Positions 1-12,433 of a stretch of 64,000 nt of DNA are shown here, in pieces. Below the pieces are notes generated by a model. That model ran no database searches and was not told where the DNA came from. It saw nothing but the letters and a program-made list of their open reading frames with translations. The first letter of the stretch is position 1. Each line of letters begins with the position of its first letter. The stretch lies in the NCBI GenBank assembly GCA_965112735.1, contig OZ218953.1:2294001-2358000 (forward strand), read 5' to 3'. This DNA comes from Phaeosaccion multiseriatum. Its lineage: Eukaryota > Protista > Ochrophyta, other classes. The translations under genes and the position numbers were made by a program.

Positions 1-3000
1 CCCCCCGGGGCGCCTCCCGAGGGGGTGGTCTTCTTGGTAGCCGGGGTGCAGCGCAGAACTACATCGGAGCGGCGGTGGACGTCGCGGAGGAGCTCACAGA
101 TGCCGCAGGGAAGTCGCTCTCCACTATGGTGCGTGTGCGTGTGCGTGTGTGTGCGTGTGCGTGTGTGTGTCATGTGTGTGTGTGTGTGCGTGCGTGTGTG
201 CGTGTGTGTGTGAGAGAGAGAGTGCGGGCAGCAGGCAATGAGAGAGGGGCTCAAGCGCTTTAGGTGGTTAAGGTCACCGTGAGCCTCACCACGACTCTGG
301 CCGTAAGATGACTACGCTACAGCAGTTGGTGATACATCAGCAACGTGCCTGCTGGCCCAGTGGCCAGCCCCCTGGTACCTCCTCGGCACCTCTGCTGATG
401 GACTAATTCCTGCCGATGTTGCTGTATCACCAACTACTGTGGCTACTGTGCTTCCTCAGGTGGCCTGCATCAAACCCAATCGGGAGCTTCGCTCGGGGGC
501 CTTCAATGCCCGATACGTGTCTGAGCAGATAAGGGCCATGAAACTGGTGCGTCAGGGTGAAACTGTGAAAATGAGGAAGTGGCTATGAGCGCCCCCCCTT
601 GGCCTTAGTCAGTCAACCCCCGCCCCCTTGGAAGAAGATAGGAAGGCAGGGGGAGGAGACATCTCTCCCCATCAGAGGACTGACCCTCCCCATCGAAAGA
701 GGAAGAAGAAAGGAAGAAAGAAAGGAAGGAAGGAAGGGAGGAAGGAAGGAAGGAAGGAAGGGAGGAAGGAAGGAAGAAAGGAAGGAAGGAAGGAAGAAAG
801 GAAGCACGGAAGGAAGGAAGGAAGAAAGGAAGAAAGGAAGAAAGGAAAGAAGGAAGCAAGGAAGGAAGGAAGGAAGGAAGGAAGGAAGGAAGGAAGGAAG
901 AAAGGAAGAAAGGAAGGAAGAAAGGAAGGAAGGAAGGAAGGAAGGAAGCATGAATCGCACGACTGACTCCCCCGCCCCTTATGTCTCTACCCGACGCTTC
1001 CTCCCTCCCCATATGCCTCTACCCACGAACCCTCCAAGGTGGAGCTGGCTCGGGGCATGTACCATGGAGGCAGCCCCAGCCCTTGCTTCTCCAGCCTGTC
1101 CTACTCAAAGCTCGAGCACATGCACCGCCGCAGCCTACAGGAGGGGGGGGGAGGAGGAGGAGGAGGAGGAGTGAAGGTGCTGCGGCTTGTGCGCTGCCCG
1201 AGAGAGTTCAGCAGGGCAGTGCTCGCCGCCAAGGGGATGGAAGAGGGGCAGGTGCTCTGGGGAAGGTAAGGGGGGGGGGGGAGGGGGTGTGGGGAGAGGG
1301 AGGGAGGGAGGGAGGGAGGACTACTAAGTGTTGATCGTATTCGCTTCTTCAATGTGCCTTGGGACCCTTTTAGCTCAGAAACTCAACTTGCCTTCCTTCC
1401 TTCCTTCCTTCCTCCCTCCCTTCGTCCGTCAATGTCTTCACGCCACCTCAGGACGCACGTGTTTGTGCGTCACGCTGCCGTCGAGGTGGTGCGTCAGCTC
1501 TACGCAGGGACCGCAGGCACCGAGGCATGGGGGGGAGGGGGGGGGGCAGCCGCTGCAGCAGCAGCAGCAGTAGGGGGACGAGGGGGAGGAGGGGGAGGAG
1601 GGGGAGGAGGGGGAGGAGGGAAGGCCGGCTCAGGCTCGGGTTTAGAGGGAACGGCGGTGTCGGCCGCCGCCGGAGTGCGAACATGGGTGGTGAGGATGCT
1701 CTTCCGCCGCCTGCTGCTGTGGTACCGCGCTCGCAACTGCTGGTTGTGGCTCCTGAGGGGCGTCAGGGGGAGAAGGGCCGCCCTTGTGAGTCTGGTGCGA
1801 AGCGGCTTTGGGGCCCTTTTGAGGCTGTGGCTGAAGCGGAGGGAGGCGGAGGAGGGGCTGCGAAGGAGGGAAGAAGAACAAGAAGAACAAGAACAAGAAC
1901 AAGAAAGAGGGGGAGCAGGAGGTGGACTGCGAGGAGGAGGAGGAGGAGGAGGAGGAGGAGGAGGAGGAGGAGGAGGAGGAGGAGGAGGAGGAGGAGGAGG
2001 AGGAGGAGAAGCAGAGACCGCGGTTGTGCTTGCAAGAGACGATGATACTGCTACTGCTCAGGGAGGGCTGGCTGTATCACCAACTGCACCACAGAGCCCT
2101 GCCGCCGAGGGTGCCTCGTCCAGAGTATCCACTGGCAGCGTGAGCGGCACTGGGACCGGCATGGACTCGAGTAGGAAGAAGAGGACGAAGAAGGAGAAGG
2201 AGAAGAAGAATGAGAAGGGGAAGAAGGCGGCGGCGGACGAGGTAGAGGAGGAGGAAGAGGAAGAGGGGAAGGAGGAGGAGGAGGAGGAGGAGGAGGAGGA
2301 GGAACGCGAAGCAGCTATCCACATGCACATGGCAGGCCTCAAGGAGGGAAAGCGCCGCCTCAAGCCTCGGCAGGGCATGGCAGCGGCCCAAGGTGAGGCC
2401 TTCACAGTCGGGGAGGACGAGCAGGAAGGGGACGACGACGAGGACGAGAAGGAAGACAAACAGAAGGACGAGGAGGAGGAGGAGGAGGAGGAGGAGGACG
2501 AAGAGGAGGAAGGTATCGTGGTGGTGTGCGAGGAGTGCGTGAAACGGCCTGCCAGTGTGTGGTGCCCCTCCTGCCCGAGTGCGTACTGCGGCTTGTGCAG
2601 CGCCTTTGTGCACACGGCGAGCAGGGTCATGAAGACGCATGCTCCGGTGCCGGTCGGGCTCATGCCCAGGCCGGGGGACAGCTTTGACGCCGGCCTCATC
2701 GATGGTGATGGTGGTGGTGGTGGTGGTGGTGGTGGTGGTGGGAGTGAGGAGGACGGGGAAGGGGTTGAGAAGAAGGAGATGAAGGAGATGAAGGAGAAGA
2801 AGGGGAACAAGGAGAAGCAGCAGACTGGGGAGGGGGAGGCGGAGGTGGGGTGGGAGGCGGACGAGGGAAAAGCCACGGCGGCAGGGGGAGGGGGACATAG
2901 CAGAGCCAAGAGCTCGACGACGCAGACGCAGAAGCTTCTATCGCTAGCCACCAGCCCCGGCAAGCGGCCGAGGAGGGGACGGGCGACGAACGGCAAGGAC

Positions 3001-3616
3001 GGGGGTGGTCCCCCGGGATCGCTCACCGGCATGGCCGAGCTGGTAAGTCAATGACCACGGGGGGCGTGGGGGGAGGGAAGGTGAAGGTTCTTCCATCAGC
3101 ACTGTACTCACAACTGTCCATGCTACCCTCTCTTCTTTCTCACACACACACGCACACACACGCACGCACGCACGCACGCACATGACACACCTCACGGTGA
3201 CGTCACCACGATGACGTCACACCTGTGCGCAGATGCCCGGCGAAGGGGTGGCAGCAGGAGAGGGGGGAGAGCTGAGTCCGTCCACCTGTCCGTCGTCGCT
3301 GTCTCCTTCCTACCGAGGCGGGGGGGGGGATGGCAGTGGACGGTCGGGGGGTCCCGACACCTCACCCGCACCCACCGGACAGGGGCAGGGGCAAGGGCAG
3401 GTGTGCGCCATCAAATCGTGCTCCAAATTGGCCACCAAGGGCGTGACCATGCGCTTCTGCGACAAGCACTACATCGACTTTAAAAAGGTGAGGGATGGCA
3501 GTGGACGGACCATGATCATATCACACTCATACGCCTCTGGGGGGCTGTTTGCTGACCTCTCGAGCCTGTCCATATGCCTGCCCATATGCCTGCCCATATG
3601 CTTGCCTCTCTTCCCC

Positions 3617-3670
<54 letters not shown>

Positions 3671-6419
3671 CTCCGCAGATGATGGCCCCTGCCCTGGGCG
3701 ATGGCGACGACTCGAGTTCGGAGAAGACCACCAACCTGCACAACCAAATCGCGCTCCTCAAGAAGCAACTTGCCGACAGTGGCCAGCAGGCGCTAGAGTT
3801 TGTCTCGCTGGACACGGTACGAAGGAGGGGAGGGGAGGGGAGGGGAGGGGAGAGGGGCGGGAAGGGGGGGGGTGAGCAAGGGAAGGAGAGCCTTACGTAC
3901 AGTAGGCCTATACTGTACAGAAATCACAAATGGACTTGTACTTGCAACTTGCACTGATCAGCGCGACTGGAATCTGTCTTCCCCCCCGGGCGTGCTCAGA
4001 ACGCATGGGCTGCTGCTTCTGCTGCTACTTTGCCTCTGCTTCTAACCCGGGCCTCTCTCCCTCTCTCCCTCCTTCCCTCCTTCCCTCCTTCCCTGCGTCT
4101 CTCCCTCCCGACCCACTCAAACCCTGAACTGAAACTGAGCCTGGCCCGTTGTATCCCCACCTGCCCCTCCCCCCAGGCCCGCGAGCGCATGCAAGAGGCC
4201 GTGCAGAAGCTTCTGGCAGGGGACGAAAGCGCCGAGAATGACATCGATAAGTGGGATAAAACCATCCGCATGCACCCGGACTACGCCAAAGAGTGAGTGC
4301 GTGCCTTGCCTACCTGGCCTGTCTGGGCTGTCTGGGCTGTCTGGGCTGTCTGGAGTCCGGCCAAGGGTAGCGGTTACGGGTGGCGGTTACGGGTGGCGGT
4401 TACGGGTGGCGGTCACGGGTGGTGGCTACGGATGTGTACTGGTGGGGTGCGGTCTGGTAGGAGGGGCTCTAAGAGATAGGGGTGGTAGCAGGGGTGGTGT
4501 CAGGAGGAGGCAGAGGAGAGGAGGGGGGTGGGAAAAGGTGGTGGAGGAGGTCGCCATACTTCGAAGTCTCGAGCGGCAGCAGAAGCAGCAGCAGCAGTAG
4601 TAGCTGTATATCGTGGCAGGAGGACGAGGGACCGATGCCTCAGCCTCCCTCCCTCCCTCCCTCCCTCCCTCCCTCCCTCCCTCCCTCCCTCCCTCCCTCC
4701 CTCCCTCCCTCCCTCCCTCCCTCCCTCCCTCCCTCCCTCCCTCCCTCCCTCCCTCCCTCCCTCCCTCCCTCCCTCCCTCCCTCCCTCCCTCCCTCCCTCC
4801 CTCCCTCCCTCCCTCCCTCCCTCCCTCCCTCCCTCCCTCCCTCCCTCCCTCCCTCCCTCCCTCCCTCCCTCTCTCCGTCCCTCCGTCCCTCCCTCCCTCC
4901 CTCCCTCCCTCCCTCCCTCCCTCCCCCCCTCCCTCCCTCTCCCCAACCCCCTTCCTGCTCCTCAGACAGCAGCAGAAGGCCGAGCAGTGGGAGAAGGCCA
5001 ACGCAGACAACAACAAAGAGGCCCTCCGAGCCATGCGCAAGCTTATCCCCCCAGGTGGGTGGTAGTGGATGGGGGGGGAGATGGCAATGGATGGCAGTGG
5101 ATGGCAGTGGATGGCAGTGGATGGGGTGGGCACGAGGGCGCACGAGTGCGTGCGCGCGTTTGTGTGTGTGTGTTTGGGCGCACGTGGGTGTGATGAAAGA
5201 GCGTTGAATGTATGAATGTATTTCGTCTCTGAAGCCCCCGCCCCTCCCCCCCATCCCTTACCCTCCTCCTCCTCCTCCTCCTCCTCCTCCTCCTCCTCCT
5301 CCTCCTCCTCCTCCTCCTCCTCCTCCTCCTCCTCCTCCTCCTCCTCCTCCTCCTCCTCCTCCTCCTCCTCCTCCTCCTCCTCCTCCTCCTCCTCCTCCTC
5401 CTCCTCCTCCTCCTCCTCCTCCTCCTCCTCCTCCTCCTCCTCCTCCTCCTCCTCCTCCTCCTCCTCCTCCTCCTCCTCCTCCTCCTCCTCCTCCTCCTCC
5501 TCCTCCTCCTCCTCCTCCTCCTCCTCCTCCTCCTCCTCCTCCTCCTCCTCCTCCTCCTCCTCCTCCTCCTCCTCCTCCTCCTCCTCCTCCTCCTCCTCCT
5601 CCTCCTCCTCCTCCTCCTCCTCCTCCTCCTCCTCCTCCTCCTCCTCCTCCTCCTCCTCCTCCTCCTCCCCCTCCTCCTCATCCTCCTTCTCCTCCTCCTC
5701 CTCCTCTTCCACAGACATCCGCAGTAGCAGCGTGGCGAAGATGATGAAGGAGGGCCTTCCCCGGGCGGCTGCTCAGCGCCTGCACAAGACCAAGGTGCTG
5801 CACTGGTGCAGATGGCACCCCGACGATGTCAAGTTCATTCACATTGCCGACCTACAGACCAAGTACAGCAATCAGGTGCGTGGGGTGGGTGGGTGGGTGG
5901 GTGGGTGGGTGGGTGGGTGGGTGGAGATTTGGTGGCAGCAGTTGGGAGGGTTGTGTCGGTGCCTGGTGTCAGCTGCTACTACTACTGACTCCCTCCCTCC
6001 CTCCCTCCCTCCCTCCCTCTCCCATTGATTGCCACCCATCCCCATCCCCAGGGGCTGGACATCATGGAGATGCGGGCAGTGTGGGCCTCCATGCCCTCGG
6101 AGTTTGAGCTTGACAATGAGGGCAAGAAGGCCCTGTGGAGAGACATGTTCTGTCAGAAGCTGCAAGAGCTCACCACCAAGGAGGAGAGGGGCTCCTTGGG
6201 CAAGCAGGAGAAGCGAAGCAACGCATACAAGGTGCGTGTGGACGCTGATAAGAGGGGTGCTGCAGGACTGGGCGTATCCCTCGTCTTCTCTCCTTTGCAT
6301 TGCGTCTCCCTCCCTCCCTCTCTCCCTCCCTCCCTCCCTCCCTCCCTCCCTCCCTCCCTCCCTCCCTCCCTCCCTCCCTCCCTCCCTCCCTCCCTCCCTC
6401 CCTCCCTCCCTCCCTCCCT

Positions 6420-6451
<32 letters not shown>

Positions 6452-8701
6452 TCTCCCTCCCTCCTCCCTACCTCTCTCCGCGTTCGTGGTATCCCCAAGA
6501 GAAGGGGCTTTGGTGACCTACCATTGTTGTGTGATTGTTGTGTGTGCGCATCTCTCTCTCTACCACCACAGTTGTGGTGTGTCTCTCTCTACCGCCACAG
6601 TTGCTGCTGTGTGTGCAGATGTCATCACGCAGCGTCGAAGAGAGAAAAAACTACCACTGATACGCTCTTTTGTACGCACATGCTCACTTACGTATACACA
6701 CACACGCACACACACACAAAAACACAAACAAACACACACACACGCGCACACACACACAAACACACTCCTTAGGACACGGAGGAGCTTCAGTGCTACGACC
6801 CGGACATTGCCCCCTCCAAGCGGGCGCTGCTCAAGTCCACGGCCTTCGAGCCTTCCGCATCGCCGAGCGATATTACGGAGCTCATCGGGAGCGGGGCGGG
6901 GGGCGGAGTGAGGCATCGCACCAGCGCTCTCGGCCTGGAGGGGGGAGGAGGAGCGGCGGGGCCGGCTAAGGTGGAGGCCTGGGTGCACGTGATGAAGCAG
7001 GAGGGGGAGCACAAGGCGGCGAATGCTGCCGTTGCTGCTGCTGCTGATGGAGGAGGAGCAGCGGAAGGAGGGGAAGAACGGGAAGGAGGGGAAGGAGGGG
7101 AAGGCGGGGAAGGCGGGGGTAAAGAAGCGAAGAGTCAGAAGCTCTTTTGCTGCTTTAGGAGGGACAAACTCCAGGTCAGTGGTGCCCTTTCCGCTCAGTC
7201 GGGGCGGTGCGAAAACCGTTAGACTGGCATTCATCAGCTCATTGCTTGCGCGAAGCTCGAAGACGCTGACACTGACTCCTCTCTCTCTCTCTCCCACTTT
7301 ACACACACACTCTCTCTCACTTTGTCTATCTCTGTATTCTCTGCGTATCCACCTGCCGCTCCCCCCCCCCCCCCCAGTTCTTCTTGACAGATAGCACGAG
7401 TATGTCGGCAGTCGCAGCAGCAGCCGCAGCAGGAGGAGGAGTAGGAGGAGACGACAGTAGTAGCAGTGGTGCTGGTGGCAGCCCCAGCACAACTCGACCG
7501 GAGCTGCCCCAGTTCTCCATCCGCCTGGACGAGAACTTTGAGGTGACCAAGGCCGGAGATCACCCCCCGGGGTCGCTAGCGCTCGTGCTCAAGGGAGACA
7601 AGAGGTGAGTGGGAGGGAAAGGAAACAAGGGGGGGGCAAGGACACACACACACACGGGGGGGGAGGCGGGAGCGGGGGGGGATGGCAGTGGATGGGAGGG
7701 GGTGGGGACGGCAGTGAAAGTGCAGCAGGAGAGGAGAGGGAGCGGGGGCGCTCCAGTCTGTGGCAGTGCGCCTTGTAGGGTGCAGTAGTTGGTGATACAG
7801 CAGATGCTCGGCCACCATGAAGCATCACATTGAGGAAGCTGTATCATTAAGGGTTAAAGAAGTAGCCCCCGTCCCCATATACCTTCAACTGTCCCCATCG
7901 AGCAGGCACGTGAAGCTCACCTTCGAGTCTGAGGAGGTATGCAGCAGGTGGACGAAGACCCTCGGAGACTTCATCTCCACGGAGAAGCTCGCCGCTGCCT
8001 ATGGTGTCGCAAATCACAGGGAGAGCGGGAGCAGCGCTGGAGCCGAACACGCACCCCCCCCCCCTCCCCTGCTACCCCGGGGGGCTGCGGATGACAGCAA
8101 GGCATCAGCAGCTGCAGCAGCAGCAGCAGCAGCAGGAGGAGGAGGAGGAGGAGAAGCAGCAACACCACCACCGCCGCCGATGCCGGCCTTCCTTGCCGCT
8201 ATTCAGAGCAGGGGCGGCGGAGTGGCTGGGAGGGGGAGAGGGAGAGGAGGGGGTGCAGGTGCCGCAGCGGGGTTGATGGATGCGATTGCTTCACGGCGGA
8301 AGAGTTCCGCCTCGGCCCCCTCCTCCGCAGATCCCGGCAGAGGAGGGGCGCCGGCTGGACTGATGGCGGCAATACAGGCGAGGGCAGCGGGCGGAGGGGA
8401 GGAAGGAGGGGGACGGAGGGGAGGAGGAGGGAGAGGGGGGCTTCTGGAGGCTATAGCAGGGAGAGGAAGAGGAGGAGGGGGACGAGGAGGACGAGGAGGA
8501 GGACGAGGAGGAGCGAGAGCAGGACTGATGGAGGCAATTGCCGCGAGGGGAGGAGGCGAAGGAGGTAGAGGAGGGGCAGGGAGGGGGGGGCTCATGGAAG
8601 CTATAGCCGGGAGAGGACAAGGAGGAGAGGGGGGAGGAGGGAGAGGCGTGGGAGGGAGAGAGGGGCTTATGGAAGCCATAGCCGCGAGGGGAAGGGGATG
8701 A
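1..8701 (+). CDS. 5'-truncated multi-exon divergent myosin-like protein: C-terminal motor segment, IQ-like helix, B-box zinc finger, small C/H zinc finger, uncharacterised helical domain, PH domain, poly-Pro and 7 WH2-like helices
   Basis: Spliced exons read VACIKPNRELRSGAFNARYVSEQIRAMKL (from 460), VELARGMY...QVLWGR (1039-1265) and THVFVRHAAVEVVRQL (from ~1451). These match myosin CIKPN...QLR...FGKTKVF. B-box CEECVKRPASVWCPSCPSAYCGLCSAFVH..H at ~2527-2640. PH-like VEAWVHVMK...KLFCCFRRDKLQFF...VKLTFESEEVCSRWTKTL at 6971-7970. L(M/L)xAIxxR repeats at 8180-8698; stop TGA 8699-8701. Confidence 0.75.
316..443. mobile_element. Small MITE-like remnant in the first visible myosin intron, TIR GCYACAGYAGTTGGTGATACA
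   Basis: gctacagcagttggtgatacatcagcaac (316-344) is the near-inverse of gttgctgtatcaccaactactgtggc (418-443). TSD is ambiguous (TAC, or a decayed TA). Confidence 0.6.
4371..4430. repeat. 13-bp minisatellite (GGTGGCGGTTACG)n, about 4 copies, intronic
   Basis: Direct tandem units visible in the sequence. Confidence 0.8.
4645..4940. repeat. (CCCT)n microsatellite, intronic
   Basis: Nearly pure array just upstream of the acceptor at ~4965. Confidence 0.95.
5262..5705. repeat. (CCT)n microsatellite, intronic
   Basis: About 440 bp nearly pure array ending just before the cacag acceptor at ~5714. Confidence 0.95.
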
Positions 8702-9262
8702 GGAGAGAGAGGGAGGGTCTGGGGGGGGGGATAGCACAGACGGCAGTGGATGGGGGAGGTCAAGTCCTGACACCCGCCACTCGTCAAATGGCTTTCCCGA
8801 GACATGGCGCCGAGAGGGTGGTCCAGCCCCCCCGGGAAGTATCACCAACTTGTTTATGTATATAAACTTGTTCTTTCAGAACTCCTCCTTCGAATTTGCT
8901 CTTATTGCTCGCGACGGCGGTGGCGGGTGTTTCCCCTCCTCCTTCTCCCTCCTCGCATATCCCCCTCCCCCCCCCTCCCCCGCCTCCTCCCCTCCCCTCT
9001 TCTCCTTTCCCAATCGACTGCCATTCTCTACCCTTCTAGTTTTAACATGCGCCGGGCAGCGGCACCTAAATATGGTGGCTGCCTGACTCTCCCACCCACC
9101 CCACCCACCTCACCCACCCCACCTATGCCCTACACCACGCCGCACTTTCCCTCAAATCTAAATCTAACTGCCTGCTGCTGCGAAGGCAAGCTTCTGTGCT
9201 GTGACTGCTTGCTGACTGGTGGCTAGCTAGCTCGCTCGCTCGCTCGCTTGCTCGGTCGGTCT

Positions 9263-12200
9263 TTACCTCTCCCCGTGACTGGTGTAGTGCGCCTTCACCT
9301 CTGTCAGCAGCCCCTCGATGGTGCTCTTGGCGTCTCCCAGGAGCATATCGGTGTTGGGCTGTGCATGCACGGGGGGGGGGGGGGATGGCAATGGACGGGA
9401 GAGGAGAGCAATTAGAGATAGAGATGCTGACGACGCCCTTGGACTCAAAGGTAAGGCGCTCGAGCATGACATGATATGATATGATATGATCCCTCACTAC
9501 CTTGAGTGCCACATCACACCACACAAAGCACCAGCGAGTTCGGCCTTCAGCCTCCTCCCTCTCGTCTCCTCGCCGCCCAACACACACACACCACACGGCA
9601 TACCGTACCGATCGAAGAGATCCAATACAACGCCTCCTACCCGCCCGACCATTGACTCATGCATCTTCCCACCCACCCACCCACCCAACCATTGACTTAT
9701 GCAGCCACCCCACCCACCTTAAAGAAGACAGGGTTGTCGACCCCCGCATATCCCGAGGCCATGCTCCTCTTGAGCATGATGACTTGCTTGGCATCCCACA
9801 CGCGAATGACGGGCATGCCCGCAATCACACTGTTGGGGTCCTCCAGCGCGGCGCTATTGACCGTGTCGTTGGCCCCCACCACGAGGCACACGTCCGCGTC
9901 GCTGAGTTCGTCATTAATCTCGTCCATCTCAAAGACAATGTCATAGGGCACGCCTGCCTCCGCCAAGAGCACGTTGAGCTGTCCAGGCATGCGCCCGGCC
10001 ACAGGGTGGATGGCGAACTTGACCTGTGTGGGTGTGTTGTGTGTGGGTGGGGGCGGAGGGTGGGGGGGGTCGGGGGGATGTGAGGTAGGGTGCGAGGGAG
10101 GACTTGTCGTGAGAATGAGACATGAAATGCGTGGGAAGGGGAAAGGAACCCATACACACAAGGAGAGAGAGAGAGAGAGGACCAGACCAACCTGCCCCGG
10201 GGCTTCCACCCTCAAACACACGCGCACACATGCACACACGTACATCCCCCCCCCCCCCCCCAACTTTCACACCCAATCACACCCACCCCCACACCCACCC
10301 CCACACCCACCCTCCCTCCTCCACCCTCCCTCACAAAAAAACAAACGCACCTTGACTCCATGCTTGGTGAGTATCTTAACCATCTCGGCACACGCGTACT
10401 GCGCCTGCGAAACCGCCATGCCGTAGCCGGGCACAATCACCACCTTCTTGGCGTCTGTGAGCATGCCGGCGGTGGAGGGTGTGTCGGTGGTGGTGTGCTC
10501 GCCGGTGATTGCCATGCGCTCGCCTTTGCCGGTGGCCTTGGTGCCGTAGCCACCGAGGATCACGCTTAAAATGTCTCTGTTCATGGCTGAAGGGAGGGAT
10601 GGATGGATGGAGGGAGGGAGGGAGGGATGGATGGAGGATGGAGGGAAGGAGGGGAGGATGGGGAGGGTGTGAGAGAGGGGGAAAGGGGAGGAGAGGGAGG
10701 GAAGGGAGAGAGATGGGGAGAGGGAGAGGGAGGAAGGACGAAGGGAGAAAGAGGGAGAAAGAGTGGGAGGAAGGACACGCCTGTATGTGGTCACCACCCG
10801 CCGTCAATCAAGCCCTCCTCTCTTCTCGCAAAAACCCGCACACACACATGCACTCACCCTCACACATGATCTTGGTGAGGAAAGCTCCGCTGCTGCCGAT
10901 GAGCGCTCCCACCACGGTGAGCAGTGGCTTATCCAGCATGAAGCCCTCTGCGCACAGGGCCCAGCCGCTGTATGAGTTCAGCACGGTGATCACAACTGGC
11001 ATGTCCGCGCCGCCGATGGATGCCGTCATGTGCAGGCCCAGCGCGCCGCTGCCCACCGCGGACAGCCCTGTGAACATGTGCGCAGTGCAGCAGTTGGTGG
11101 TACAGAGCAGAGCACGTGGCACGGTAGGTAGGTAGGGGGGGGGGGGGGGCGTGTGAGGATGATGAGTAGGAGCGAAGCGTCTCATGCATACAAACACGAT
11201 ATCCAAAAGCCAAGCGGAGCACAAAAGGGGAGGCGGCGGAAGGCGAGTGGTTTGGGGGCTTAGCTCAGCTCCCGCTCGTCCTCCTCGCTCCTCGCTGGCG
11301 CACGCCTTCTCTACCCCATCCCTCTCCCCTCCTTCCCTCCCACCCCAACTCACCCAGAAGCGCCATGCCGGTCTCGGGAGAGGGGTTGGTGATAAATGCT
11401 CCCATCCCCGCCAGGCACGCCAACCCCACCGCAGAGTTCATTGCATCCCTCCCGGGCAGCGACAAGGCCGCGGACTTCAGCAAGCCCTGAAGCTTACCAA
11501 AGGCCACCACGGAGCCTGTGGCCGTGGCACCCCCTATGAAGGTGGCGAGGTAGATGGAGGTGAGCCTCACTGTGTCCATCAAGGCAGGGTCGTTGCAGTG
11601 ATGCAGATAGTCCCCCAGTGCCCCTGCCACCGCTGCGGCCCCCACGAGTGAGTGAAACGCCGCCACCGTCTGCGGCAGCTCCGTAGGGCCAATCTTTTTG
11701 CCAATGCTGTACCCCACTGCCCCGCCCGTACCCAGCAGAGCCGCGATTTGCGCCAGTTGAGGCGCCGTCGGAGAGATGGTGCCAATCGTGCTCGCCAGCC
11801 CAAATGTAACGCCACTCATGCCCAACACGTTTCCGAGTCGGGCGGTGCGCTGACTGGACAGACCGCCAATTCCGCCAATGCAGCAAAGCCCGGCGGCGGT
11901 GGCGGCGACCGCATCGAGCTCCGCATAGCCCATTCCTTTGCCGAAACCGTAGCCCGTGACGAGGGCGGCGGCGGGGATGGCGTACAGTTGGTAGTGCTCC
12001 TCGGGGTCGTCGGGACGCTTGAACATGTCCAGCATCTATTCAATGATGGATGACAGTGGATGGCAGTGGATGGGGTGGTGGGGGGGGGGTTTAGGGAGAA
12101 CATCGATGTGAGTGGATCCTAACTGGGTGGTGCCTACGGGGAGGCAGCAAGTGTAGGAGAGGAGACCACACCACACTATACCGCACCCCCAACCCTCCTC

Positions 12201-12378
12201 CCTCCCTATGGATGGCACTCTGCGGCGCTCTACCACCATCCCATTGCCCCAGCATCCCATGGCCCGGAGCCCCTGCTGTCCGACCGCCCCAGAGTTGAAC
12301 CTCAACTTACCTTCTTGGTCACAAGGAAGCCTCCCGCGATGTTCACAGCGGAAACCATCGTGGCAGCCGCACCAATCG

Positions 12379-12433
<55 letters not shown>

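Noticed and set aside
4426-6028. Long poly-E/R/P/S and EGGR ORFs
   Set aside because: Stop-free intronic microsatellites within the myosin-like gene.
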